The position numbers and the translations under genes were made by a program. The notes below the pieces were generated by a model. That model worked only from the letters and a program-made list of their open reading frames with translations. It searched no databases and was not told the origin of the DNA. A stretch of 23,052 bases of DNA from Bradymonadia bacterium. Its GTDB lineage: Bacteria; Myxococcota_A; Bradymonadia; UBA7976; UBA1532. The stretch's first letter is position 1. Every line of letters starts with the position of its first letter. The stretch spans positions 1 through 23,052 of the forward strand of contig JBKAGE010000017.1 of NCBI GenBank assembly GCA_046290225.1, written 5' to 3'. Of this stretch, positions 7,701 through 17,000 are shown in pieces.

Positions 7701-8642
7701 CAGATCACTCACCGACTTCGGCGCTGGCAAATCGCTCACTGCCTTCGGTGCAGGCAGATCGCTCAAGGCTTTTGGTGCGGGCAGATCGATGCCCCAGTCG
7801 GGCACATCGTCTGGCACTGGGCCCTTGGGTGCCGGCAAATCAGCCATGGGATCAACACCTCGAAGGGCGCTGGGCATGGACGAGCTGCGAGGTGATTCAC
7901 CCACCGGTGCCGGCAAGTCCGGCGGCGGCGGGGTGTGGGGTACCGCCTGACCCACCTCGGGGTTCGGGGTGGCCATGATGACGTTCGACGGGAGCGGCAG
8001 GGTCTCAGCATCTCCCTCGGGGAGGGGTACGCCTGCGGGCAACTCGCTCTCGCTCACCCCGTCGGGGGCAGCACTGCTCAACGCCAGGGGATCGATGTCG
8101 AGACCGAGATCTTCCACATGGAACCGGAATTCGAAGTCTTCCGGCTTCATGCGCTCCTGGCCCCCGTCACCCGCGCTCACCTGACCACCGAGGTGCGCGT
8201 AGGCATCACCTGGGGCGCTGCCCATGGGATCGAAGCTCGACGGCAACGGCGTCGGGGTCAGATCTGCCGCAGGCTGCAGGGCAGGCTGTGCCTCGATGCC
8301 CGGGAACGACTTCAGGGGCATCCAGACGCGCTGATCCACCGAGGCGTCTTCTTGACCCGTGAGCTGGCTCTTGTTGATCAACGACTGCACACGAGAGGTC
8401 TCGTAGGGGCCGATGACCCGGCCTTCGTTGGTCCGGATGTAGAGCGAAGTGGGTGGCGGAGTCAGGCTGAGGAACGGATCGTCGCCGAAGACCCCCAGGG
8501 GATCGCTCTCATCTTGCTGAGCGCGCTCGGGCACAGCAAAGACGTGGCTGCATTGGGTGCAGGCGATCAGGGCACCGGGTGTGGGCTCAAGGCCGTCCAT
8601 GAACGACTGATCGGCGCCGCACTTGGGGCAGGTGATCTTCAT
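4752..8642 (-). CDS. MJ0042-type zinc-ribbon / GYF_2 (DUF4339-like) / Pro-rich linker / single TM / multi-TPR protein (1296 aa)
   Basis: N-terminal CPKC...CTQC. GYF_2-like LYIRTNEGRVIGPY...W. DLPAPK repeats. TM WMLLGVLGVAGAAAIGASAALGLGPF preceded by KQASKR. More than 15 TPR-like units (e.g. AHYYMGRVAFDRGRFPAAVRKFKLA). GGGGA upstream of the ATG. Confidence 0.92.
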   Translation of the reverse strand: MKITCPKCGADQSFMDGLEPTPGALIACTQCSHVFAVPERAQQDESDPLGVFGDDPFLSLTPPPTSLYIRTNEGRVIGPYETSRVQSLINKSQLTGQEDASVDQRVWMPLKSFPGIEAQPALQPAADLTPTPLPSSFDPMGSAPGDAYAHLGGQVSAGDGGQERMKPEDFEFRFHVEDLGLDIDPLALSSAAPDGVSESELPAGVPLPEGDAETLPLPSNVIMATPNPEVGQAVPHTPPPPDLPAPVGESPRSSSMPSALRGVDPMADLPAPKGPVPDDVPDWGIDLPAPKALSDLPAPKAVSDLPAPKSVSDLPGFKGATDLPAPRAVVDLPGPRAQGGMDLPGPTDLPSVSDTPSPMSVPGVGDAPSVRGADPMGGEVGAADLPAPKVEAELPAPKVAIGRMVPRKTIDISGDPAEQARRIDEIFEGVEPPPSGPGMEDPVEEEEISERTPEKVTPPAPKQASKRSWMLLGVLGVAGAAAIGASAALGLGPFADQPKPIQQPKDPSVLGNSTTNPNKKPTKDPQVDPKPVGEQAPIAEVVRTEGFVQISDYRKAVAELEQRGEPKGDLSTLVTELYAFGALEFPGGDRWGNKAQQMVSRMPEAVRSDWKGERAAYAAALANLGDKRPPDGMVNDIIEFAGRHPEDARSQHLLGLLRVRLGMDKQAAKAFADATRSDTHLLPAWRMLALSSAASGEIEQGRAALKHLTEVKPAAPINLEMRARLGFAQSQLEDAKTASDELLALDTSTMTARERAAAFTLSGRIALKQNDKKAAIEAFRQSVETWPSDLEAVEMLSEVLFEEAAYDQALSLFEKLRGAGVNTPELVVAIAESHQALKGMDKALAVLQEGIKAFPESSAIRRALGKLEVRMRRYDRARVAYDKALEVAPDDHQTHLDIVAMLMQQSQVADAIKYLEEVLKVHPDSALLQFGYGRLMHKVASADTNQELLAMAERSLRKAVELDPSLDEARHKLVEAYLDRGEAEAAQAQLKILIARGTYSAPLDFDQGRVAMATGQPDQAIKYFETALARQPKNGLFMLALGTAQFHKRDYDAADQTLREVARLNGNLTDAHYYMGRVAFDRGRFPAAVRKFKLAHDDKKGNLVYHYWLGRALEATGKITQASAAYNTVAESLSRQPEINRKLYDAFYRRGQMRMMRSLYSRASEDFKKVLDYDATRAEVWIAYGDSFSLRGRSDLALKHYQQAITLSPENGDAHLKAAQSLLRQDKVNEAVPFLRNAVKFNDTLAEPHYSLCVIYRDKRKNALAAQECEAYLKVAPNGDYAEEARRELKRLKKGG
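7449..7919 (-). repeat. Coding repeat: about 12 DLPAPK-like motifs, including six tandem 27-nt (9-aa) units at 7626-7787
   Basis: DLPAPKALS-DLPAPKAVS-DLPAPKSVS-DLPGFKGAT-DLPAPRAVV-DLPGPRAQG plus dispersed copies, read from the translation. Confidence 0.85.
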
Positions 8643-8748
8643 TGAATCCCCAATGGCATTTCGATGGTGGTCAAGTTGAGGTCGCTCTCCGTCGAACCCT
8701 TAGGGTGGCCTCCCCTGTTTCGGGGGCGGGCGTGACACACGCGCTGGC

Positions 8749-8777
8749 AGTCTAGCACTGGCCTCCACGCGTGAGAA
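8749..8777 (-). promoter_or_regulatory. Candidate sigma70-type promoter for the zinc-ribbon/TPR gene
   Basis: The minus strand reads TTCTCA (8777-8772), 17 nt, TAGACT (8754-8749), with an extended -10 TG (TGcTAGACT), about 105 nt upstream of the ATG. Confidence 0.4.
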
Positions 8778-8831
8778 ATGTACGTCATGAACCGACATAC
8801 ACCTTTAGCACATGGAAAGGCTCTGTGGGGG

Positions 8832-9497
8832 GTGCTGCGACGCGGGCACATTGTGTTGTGTGCTCTCATGCTCCTCACATGGACGGGGGCGACACGTTCG
8901 GCACAGGCGGTGACCCCCGGTGGCCCGGTGATCTACGACGGCGAGGCACGCTTTGGCTTCGATGTCCGCATGGGCACGGTGGTGCCTGTGCAGCTGCTCG
9001 ACGGGCCGGGTTTGCACCTCGCCGTAGGTGGCCGTACCCGGATCGTCGGTCCGTTGTGGCTCCATCTGGAGGGAGGGGTCGATCGGGTGGCGGTGTCTTC
9101 GCTCTCCGAGACCGTGGCCCTCACCAGCGGCACCGCTGAGGTCGAGACCACCTACGCCCGTTGGTCCATGCCCGCCTTTGGCGGCCTGGGGTTGCACTGG
9201 CGCCTCGGAGACGAGGGACAACATACCTTCGGGATCATGGCCCTCGGCGGCGGCGCCTGGCAGTACGGCCGACAAGATGTCTCGGTGCGGGGTGATCCGG
9301 GCCTGAGGGTGCGCCGGGATCGATGGTTCGAGCCCCTCGCCCAGGGGCGCATTCAGGGCGGCATCGGCCTCGATGTCGGGGTGCTCACCCTGGCTCTGGG
9401 CTGGCGAGGCACCCTCGCCCCGGTGGAAGACCACGTGAGCCGGGGTGTTCAAGCAGATGGGATCTTGTTGGAGGCAGGATGGTCTTCTCGTTTCTGA
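8832..9497 (+). CDS. Probable 8-stranded outer-membrane beta-barrel protein
   Basis: GTG at 8832 gives a typical signal peptide (M)LRRGHIVLCALMLLTWTGATRSAQA|V, with GGAAAGG upstream. The ORF is open from 8778, so the start is uncertain. About eight Gly/aromatic amphipathic strands. C-terminal LLEAGWSSRF ends in Phe (BAM beta-signal-like). Confidence 0.75.
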   Translation: MLRRGHIVLCALMLLTWTGATRSAQAVTPGGPVIYDGEARFGFDVRMGTVVPVQLLDGPGLHLAVGGRTRIVGPLWLHLEGGVDRVAVSSLSETVALTSGTAEVETTYARWSMPAFGGLGLHWRLGDEGQHTFGIMALGGGAWQYGRQDVSVRGDPGLRVRRDRWFEPLAQGRIQGGIGLDVGVLTLALGWRGTLAPVEDHVSRGVQADGILLEAGWSSRF

Positions 9498-9934
9498 AAA
9501 AGCACGCGGCGGCGTTCGTGATGACGAGCGCCCTCGCGTTGCCGGCCTGCGACGCCCCTGACTTCGAAGTTCAGGCGCCGCTCTTCGTGTTCAACACCTA
9601 CCCCGCCAACGGCTCCACCGTCTCTCGGATCGATCTCGACGAGTTCCTCATCGTCTTCTCGAGAGATCTGGGCACCGCGGAAGATGTGCGCGATTCCATC
9701 GAGACATGGCTGCGGCTCTCCGACGAAGAGAGCGAGCTGGTACTGATCAGGCCTGATCAAACCAACGTGTCCTATGACGCAGAGTTCTACACGGTTCGGG
9801 TGCTCGTCGATGGCCCGCTGAAGTCGGGCATGGCCGGTGGGTTGTACACCCTCACTGTCGATCCGGGCCTCGAGAGCGTCGATGGCATACGCATGCCCCA
9901 ACCCTTCAGCGTCAGGTTCCGTCTGGCGGATTGA
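9479..9934 (+). CDS. Lipoprotein with a bacterial Ig-like (Big_5-type) domain (151 aa)
   Basis: GGAGG RBS at 9470-9474 and ATG 9479, overlapping the upstream CDS by 19 nt. Lipobox LALPA|C. Big_5-like pattern TYPANGSTV..IVFS..L...YTLTV..GLES.DG..M..P.S..F. Confidence 0.8.
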   Translation: MVFSFLKKHAAAFVMTSALALPACDAPDFEVQAPLFVFNTYPANGSTVSRIDLDEFLIVFSRDLGTAEDVRDSIETWLRLSDEESELVLIRPDQTNVSYDAEFYTVRVLVDGPLKSGMAGGLYTLTVDPGLESVDGIRMPQPFSVRFRLAD

Positions 9935-9958
9935 CCCGCGTTTGGGTAAAGCCACTGT

Positions 9959-11092
9959 ATGGACAGTGAGCTCGTCACCCTCGGCCCCTACCGTCTGTTT
10001 CAGAGTCTCAAGAAAGGGGGCATGGCCCGGGTGTACCTCGGGGTGCACGTGGAAGATCCACACCGCGTGCTGGCCATCAAGACGCTGCTCCCCGAGCTGG
10101 CGGGCAAGTCGAACTACCGCGACATGTTCACCACCGAGGGCAAGGTGGGGCGCTTGCTCGAGCACCACCACATCGTGGCCACCCTCGACGCAGGCCGCGC
10201 CGGCGACACGCACTTCATCGTCATGGAGTATCTGCAGGGCTTCGATCTGAGCACCTTGCTCAGGCAGCTGCGCAAGCAAGGGCACACGATGCCCCTGGGC
10301 GTAGCCCTCACTCTGGCCTGCGCCATGGCAGAGGGCCTGGCCCACGCCCACGATCTCACCGACGAGCATGGCCGTCCTCTCGACATCGTGAACCGCGACG
10401 TGAGCCCTGGAAACGTGATGATCACCACCACGGGCCGCGGGGTGCTCATCGACTTCGGCATTGCCCAGACCACCGTCGATGTCCGCAGTCAGATCGGCAG
10501 CATCAAAGGCAAAATCAGCCACATGAGCCCCGAGCAGGTCCGAGGCCTGCCGGTGGACCAGCGCAGCGACGTCTTCAGCCTGGGCACGGTGCTGTATCAG
10601 ATGCTCACTGGGGTGAACGTTTTTCAGGACGATGGCGACTTCGCCACCATGGAGCGCGTACGTCGGGCAGAGGCCCCACCCCCCTCTCACCACCAGCCTG
10701 CCCTTCACGGCGCCCTCGACGATCTGGTCATGGCCACCCTCACCCCCCGAGCGATGGATCGAACCCCCTCGGCCCGGGCGCTGCTCGATGCCCTCCGGGG
10801 CTACATGCGCGATCATCAGATCGCCGAGGACGAGGCCGCGGTGGCGACGTGTCTGAGGCAGACACTGGGGCCCCGCCTGGAAGAACTGCAGAGCACTGTG
10901 GCGGCCCATCACCAGGGCGCTCTCGAGCAGTTGGGCGTCATGGCCCCCCGCCAGACCCTGCAAGAGGCCATGCCGCCCCCCGAGGTCGGTGAGCTGGCCC
11001 CACCTCCACCTTCGAAGTCCCCATTGCTGTGGGTGGTAGCCGCCGGGGTGATCCTCGCGGTGGTGACCGGTGTGATCATCTTCAATGTCTGA
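9959..11092 (+). CDS. Hanks-type Ser/Thr protein kinase with a C-terminal TM anchor (377 aa)
   Basis: GGMARVY, LAIK, alphaC Glu (FTTEG), NRDVSPGNV, DFG, SPEQ and SDVFSLG motifs. Terminal hydrophobic segment LLWVVAAGVILAVVTGVIIFNV. Confidence 0.95.
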   Translation: MDSELVTLGPYRLFQSLKKGGMARVYLGVHVEDPHRVLAIKTLLPELAGKSNYRDMFTTEGKVGRLLEHHHIVATLDAGRAGDTHFIVMEYLQGFDLSTLLRQLRKQGHTMPLGVALTLACAMAEGLAHAHDLTDEHGRPLDIVNRDVSPGNVMITTTGRGVLIDFGIAQTTVDVRSQIGSIKGKISHMSPEQVRGLPVDQRSDVFSLGTVLYQMLTGVNVFQDDGDFATMERVRRAEAPPPSHHQPALHGALDDLVMATLTPRAMDRTPSARALLDALRGYMRDHQIAEDEAAVATCLRQTLGPRLEELQSTVAAHHQGALEQLGVMAPRQTLQEAMPPPEVGELAPPPPSKSPLLWVVAAGVILAVVTGVIIFNV

Positions 11093-14000
11093 CGCCTTTG
11101 CGCCCCTGCAGTGGACCCTCCTCGAAGCGCGCCTCGCCGAGGAAGGTCTGTATCCCATGGCCCGAGCGGCCCTGCTCGCGGGTCCTCTGGAGTGCCCACG
11201 GGCGGCGGTGGAGGCGGCCCAGAGTGCACTGTCGAGCGCCGGTACAGATCTGACCCCAGTCCTGTTGTTGATGCAGCTGGCCCTGCACCTCGACGACGAG
11301 GGGGTGGCCCGCTCGACCTGGGCCCACACACACACGCATCTGTGCCATGGCGCGCTGCCTCCTGTGGAGAGCGGCGCCCTGGCGCTCACCTGGGCGCTGA
11401 TCTGGACGCTGCGCTGGCCCGACGCCGAGCGGGCGGCGCAGGCCCTCGAAGTGGCGACGCCCTACGACAGCCTGCGCCTCGGCGATCTGCTCACGTCGCT
11501 CACCGGCTCGCTCGACGAGCGCATCGCCCGGGCCCGACATCGCCTCGAAGGGGCTGTGGACGCCGACGATCGCGCCCGCGGGCAGCTGCACCTCGGGCGT
11601 TTGCTGCTCTCTGCAGGCGATCTGACGGAAGGCGCCGCCCTGGTAGACGCAGCGGTGTCCTCGGGTGCTGATCTCGACGAGGCCGCCCGCCTCGCCCTCT
11701 GGCACCGACTCGAAGTGAGCTGGCGTACCTCTGACGCCCTGGGGATGCCGCTCATCGAGGCCCTGGCCAGGACCTTGCCCCCATCTGGCGCCGGGGCACT
11801 CTGGCACCTCGCCGCAGATCTGCTCGCTCAACGAGGCGAAGACGCCCGGGCAGAGCGCTTGTACGCCCGAGCCGCCGCAGGGCCGAGCGGGCTGGTCATC
11901 GCCCTCAAGCGTCTGCACCGCGCGCTGTCTGATCCATCGCTCGAGCCTGCTCGACATGCCAATCGACTGCACGACGCGGTGCTCGCCGGCGCGGATACAG
12001 GTCTGGACGAGCTGCTCTCGATCCGCAGCGCCGAGCTGTGCCTCGAGGCTGATCTCGACGCCCGCACGGACCTTGATGTCTCCTCGGCCTCCGACGCCCT
12101 CGCCCGCGTCCGCTGGCATCAACGTCGGTGGTCCGATCTGCGCTTGCTCGTGGACCGTCGCCCGCCGAGCGCAGCGGTGTCGATCTTCACCGCCGCCCTC
12201 GACCTCATGGCCCTGAAAGACGCCGAAGGGTGCACGCGCACCCTGCTCGACCTCGCGTCGTCCGGTCTCGACGGGGACGACGAGACCACAGCCCTGATGG
12301 GCTGGCGCCTGCGCCAGCTCGCCGGTGACGATCGAGGGGCGCTCCGCGCCGAGGCTGACCGGCAACCTGATCTGCAACGCCGCGTGAGCGTGCTCGTACA
12401 GCTGGTGCACGCAGCCCTCGCGGATCCATCGGCTCGACTCGACGCACATGTGGCCCTCGAAGCGGCTCTGGGCTTGGATCCACGGCACCCCACGGCGCTG
12501 TTGCTCGGGGTAGAGCTCGGCCGTCAGTCTGGCCGGCCAGGGCCCTGGGCCGAGGCCCTGACCCGAGCCATCATGGCCTTCGCCACCGACGGCACGGCCC
12601 CCGGTCCATTGGGGCAAGCGCTGATCCACAGGCTGGCGGCGCTGTCGAGCGCAGCGCCGAAGGTGGCCCGGTTCCTCGCCGACGAGCACAGCGCCGCCAT
12701 GGGCAGCTGGCTCGATTCGCCGACGACGGCGGACCAGGCCGTGGAGATCCTCAAGGCGGGGGAGCGCTATGTCGTGCTCGAAGATCTGCTCCGCCAGGCG
12801 AGCGAGCGCTCTCCTCATCCACTGCACCGCGCTCGGCTCCTCGCCCACCGTGGACAACTGCTGTGCGACTTCGCCGACCGGCCGGCGGAGGGTGGTGATC
12901 TGATCCAACGGGCCCGAGCCCTCATAGAGTCGGCGCCTCCCTCAGAGAGCCGCACAGCCTTGCAGGACTGGATGAGCAGCTGGCAGGGCGGTGAGTCTGC
13001 TCACACGGTGGTGCACGCCGTGACGCAGGAGACCACCCGCGTCGCTGGCACCACCCCCGACGAGCCCGAGGCATGGGGATCGACGGTGGAGGCGCCGGCC
13101 ATGCCCTCAGAGGCGGCCTCTGATCCACAGCCGAGCTCACCCTTGGGGCCTGCCCGCCGCACAGGAGGGGCACGCAGCCGCGCTGCGGTGCGTCGAAGGC
13201 TGGCCCGTGCGAAGTCGGACCAGCGAGGGGCTGCGATCACGTGGCCCGACCTGGGCCGGATGCAGATCCGCAACGCCCTCGACGCGTTGAGCGCTGCAGA
13301 TGACGCCCACAGCCGGGCAGAGGCGGCAGCTGAGGTGGCAGAGCAATACGAAGCCGCGGAGGCAGAGGCAGAGGCCATCGCCGCGTGGCGAGAGGTCCTG
13401 GCCTGGCGTTCGGGCTCTCTGCTGGCCATCGAGCGCCTGCTGGTGCTCTGCACGCGAAGAGGAGACTGGAAAGGCCTCGCTCAAACACTGCAGCTCGCCA
13501 TCGACGCCTCTGGCGACACAGCGCGCCGCCAGCAGCTGATCCTGAGCCTCACTGAGATCTACACCGAGCGACTGCACGATCCCGCCTCGGCGGTGCCCCA
13601 CCTTCGACGAGCACTCTCGGAGCGCCCTGGAGATCAACACCTCGTCACCCTGCTGGCCGCCACCCTCAAAGGGGCCCGCATGTGGAGCGACTATGTGCAG
13701 GTGGTCACCGCCTCCGGGCAGATCGACGCCCACCCGGAGGTGGCCTTGGAGGTGGGTCAGGTGCTGCTGCACCACCTCGACGATCCACAGCGGGCGGCGC
13801 CTCTCATCGAGCGCGTGGCGCCACAGATGCTGCACGCCGTAGACGAAGACACCTCGATCCAGCTGCTGCGGGATCTGGCCACCGTGAGGGCGGTGACAGG
13901 GGCCCTCGACGAAGCCATGGCCCTGCTGGACCGGGCGATCACCATGGCCACCCCCTCCCAGGCTCTGGCCCTGCGCTTGTCGCAGGCGCAGCTGGTTCAG

Positions 14001-17000
14001 AGCCACGGCGACGATCCAGCGCAGGCCCTGGCGCTCTACCGACGCGCCCTCGGCGAGGGGCTGCACGACCTGGCCCTGCTCGAGCAAGCAGAGCGCCTCG
14101 CCATCGATCTTCGGGCCTGGGGGGTGCTGGTGGAGATCCTCGGCGCCATGGCCCGACAAACGGCAGACCATGCAGACAAACGGGCGCTGCTGATCCGGCT
14201 GGGGCATCTACACCGGGCCCGACTGGATGAGCCACTCAAAGCAGCGGACTGCTTTGTCGAGGCCTTCGAACTCGATCCTGCAGATCAGAAGCTGTACCGC
14301 CTCATCGTGGGTCTGGTGGACGCCGACGAAGATCCACAGCGGGTGGCCTTGCGGATCAGGGTGCACCAGGCCTGGTTGTCGGCAGTGCCTGATCCGAGCC
14401 CTCAAGCCCGCGTCGAGGTGGCCCGGCAGCTCGCTGCTGCCTATGAGGCCGCGGAGCAGCCTACAGACGCCGCCCGCGTGTTGGAGTCAGTGTGGCACGC
14501 GTTGGGAGACGACCCAGCGGTGCACGCTCTCCTCGCCCCTCTGGAGCGCGCATACAGACGGGCCGGGCAATGGGCGGAGCTCGCCCGTCTCTACACCCTG
14601 GGCTTGAGCCAGAACCCCTCGGAGGCCCGACAGACGGTCTTGTTGCGTCATCTCGCCCGGGTGCAGGAGACGGGGCTGCACGATCTCGTGGCGGCGACGG
14701 AGACCTGGGGCAAAATCCTCACCATCACGCCGGACGATCTCTCGGCGGTGCGGGCGCTGTGCCGCCTGCTCGAGGCCCAACGGCGCTGGGACGAGCTCAT
14801 CGAGGCCAGCGGCCGCGAGTTCGAGCTTCAGCCTGATGACGCCCACAAGGCCCACGTACTTTTCCGCATCGGCAGTCTCTACGAGACCCACCTCGACGAC
14901 ACGGCCATGGCCCAGCAGGTCTACGAGCAGGTGCTGCGCCTCGATCACGGGCACTTCCCGGCGTTGCATGGTTTACGAGCCCTGGCCACGGCGGCGGAGG
15001 ACTGGCCTGCGGCGATCAAATGGCTGCAACGAGAGGCCGATCGCTGGGACAAGCCCCGTGAGAAAGCGGCGGTCCTGGCTCAGATCGGCTTGATCGAGCG
15101 CGACAAGCTCGAACGGCCACACAAAGCGATGGCCACCCTGATGCAGGCCTTCGAGCTGTGGCCCGCCTGCGTACCCGCCGCCAGGGCCCTCGGCGACGCC
15201 GCCTACAGCATGCAGGCCTGGGAGCGGGCGGCGACATTCTACCAGGCCGTCACGACGCAGAAGCTCAGTCGCTGGTCTGCCCACGATCGCGCCGAGATCT
15301 TCACACGTCGCGGACTCATCGCGCTGCAGCTGGGCAACCACCATGAGTCCGCAGAGAGCCTGCGCATCGCCCTGGAGATCAACGCTGACCATCCTGGAGC
15401 CCTCGAGGCCCTCGTAGAGGCCAATGGGGCTCTGGAAGATCCCATCGCTGAGGGTCCAGATCTCCGGGCCCGCGTCGAGGTCAGGCGCCAGACCCTGGCC
15501 AACGCCGGCGCCTCGGTGATCGAGCGAGCCCGGGTAGAAATCCTCGAAGGTCATCTGCGACGACAAGCCCTCGATCTCGACGGCGCCCTCGAAGCCTACG
15601 GTGCGGCCATCACTCTGGCGCCTGATCAGCTCGACCTCAGGCAACCCCTGGTGGACTTGCTCACGGCCCTACGTCGCTGGCCAGAAGCCACAGCCACCCT
15701 CGACGCGCTCTGCGTCCGCCTGGAGGATCGACTCGAAGACGACACAGCCCGGGCCGCCTACCTCGAGGCTCAGGCACAATCCGCCATGCTGTGGGGTGAC
15801 TTCGCCGTCGACACCGCTCAGGCAGAGGATCGATGGGTCAAGGTGGCCCGCGTGGCCCGGGGGGTGGACGATCGACGCCACCGCGAGGCCCGGCTGGCCG
15901 TCGCTCAAGGTGCCTTCCTCGAGGGTGATCCCACTCGGGCCCTGTTCCTCGTGGAGCGTTTGCTCGAAGACGTCACCGCACGGCCAGAGTCGGTGTCGGG
16001 TCCGGAGCTGGCGTCGATCTATGCCTACGCAGGGGTGATCCTCACCAAGGGCCTGGACGACCAGACACAGGGCGCCGCCCGGCTGATTGAAGCCCTGAAG
16101 ACCGATCCCCGTTGCGCCATGGGCCTGCTGGCGCTGTTGAGGCTACGGCATCGACAATCAGGGGGCACGGTCTCCGACGAGCTCACCACGCTGCTCGAAA
16201 CCCACAGCGGTCTCATCGAGGCCTGCCCTGCCCGAGATCTGCAACACAGCGCCCTCAAGATCTTCGCCGCGGAGCTCTGGAGTCAGATCGAGCCGGGCAA
16301 GGGCCGCGGGCTGCTGGAAGATCACGCCCGCGGCGGCCCCGGCGCCCGTGATGCACGTCTGGCCCTCGCCCACGGCCCCAACAGCACCGTGGAGGCCGGG
16401 GCGAACCATCTCTATGACGCCCTGGAAGAAGACATCTGTGATCTCGACGCCTTGAGATCTCTCGCCCGCCTCGCACAGCAAGAGGGCGACGATGATCTCG
16501 AGCTGAGGGTCCTGGAGGTGCTCGATCTCTGTCGCGCAGTGTCGGGCCCTGATCTCGACCAGCTCCGGCAACTGCAGAGCAAGGCCCGCAGGCGACTCGA
16601 GCGCGGGCCGAGGGACCCACGCGCCGACTTGCGCTTTCAGACGCTGCACCACCCGGGCTGGTCGAGCCCGCTCATCGAGCTGGTGCGCCTCTGCGAGCCC
16701 CTTCTCCTGCCTCTACAGCCCCCACGCCCACGACCTCAGGTGCGCCGCAATACCGCCTTGGGGCCTCGCAGCGGACATCCCTTCGCAGCAGAGCTCCCAG
16801 CGGTCTTCGAGCTGTTGGGCAAGCCCACCGCCGAAGTCCACGGCCTGCCAGGCCTCACCCTCGGCGAGCCACCCATCACCGTCTGGCCCGACGCAGTACC
16901 GCGCATCGTCTTCGCAGCTCAGCCGCCCGAAATCGCATGGACCATCGCCCAGCAGAGGTTCTTGCTGGGGCGGGCGCTGTGCCTCACGGGCCACGGGTTG

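Noticed and set aside
7626..7787. CRISPR-like periodicity (also 17990-18074)
   Set aside because: These are in-frame coding repeats of 27 and 15 nt with synonymous variation and no unique spacers.
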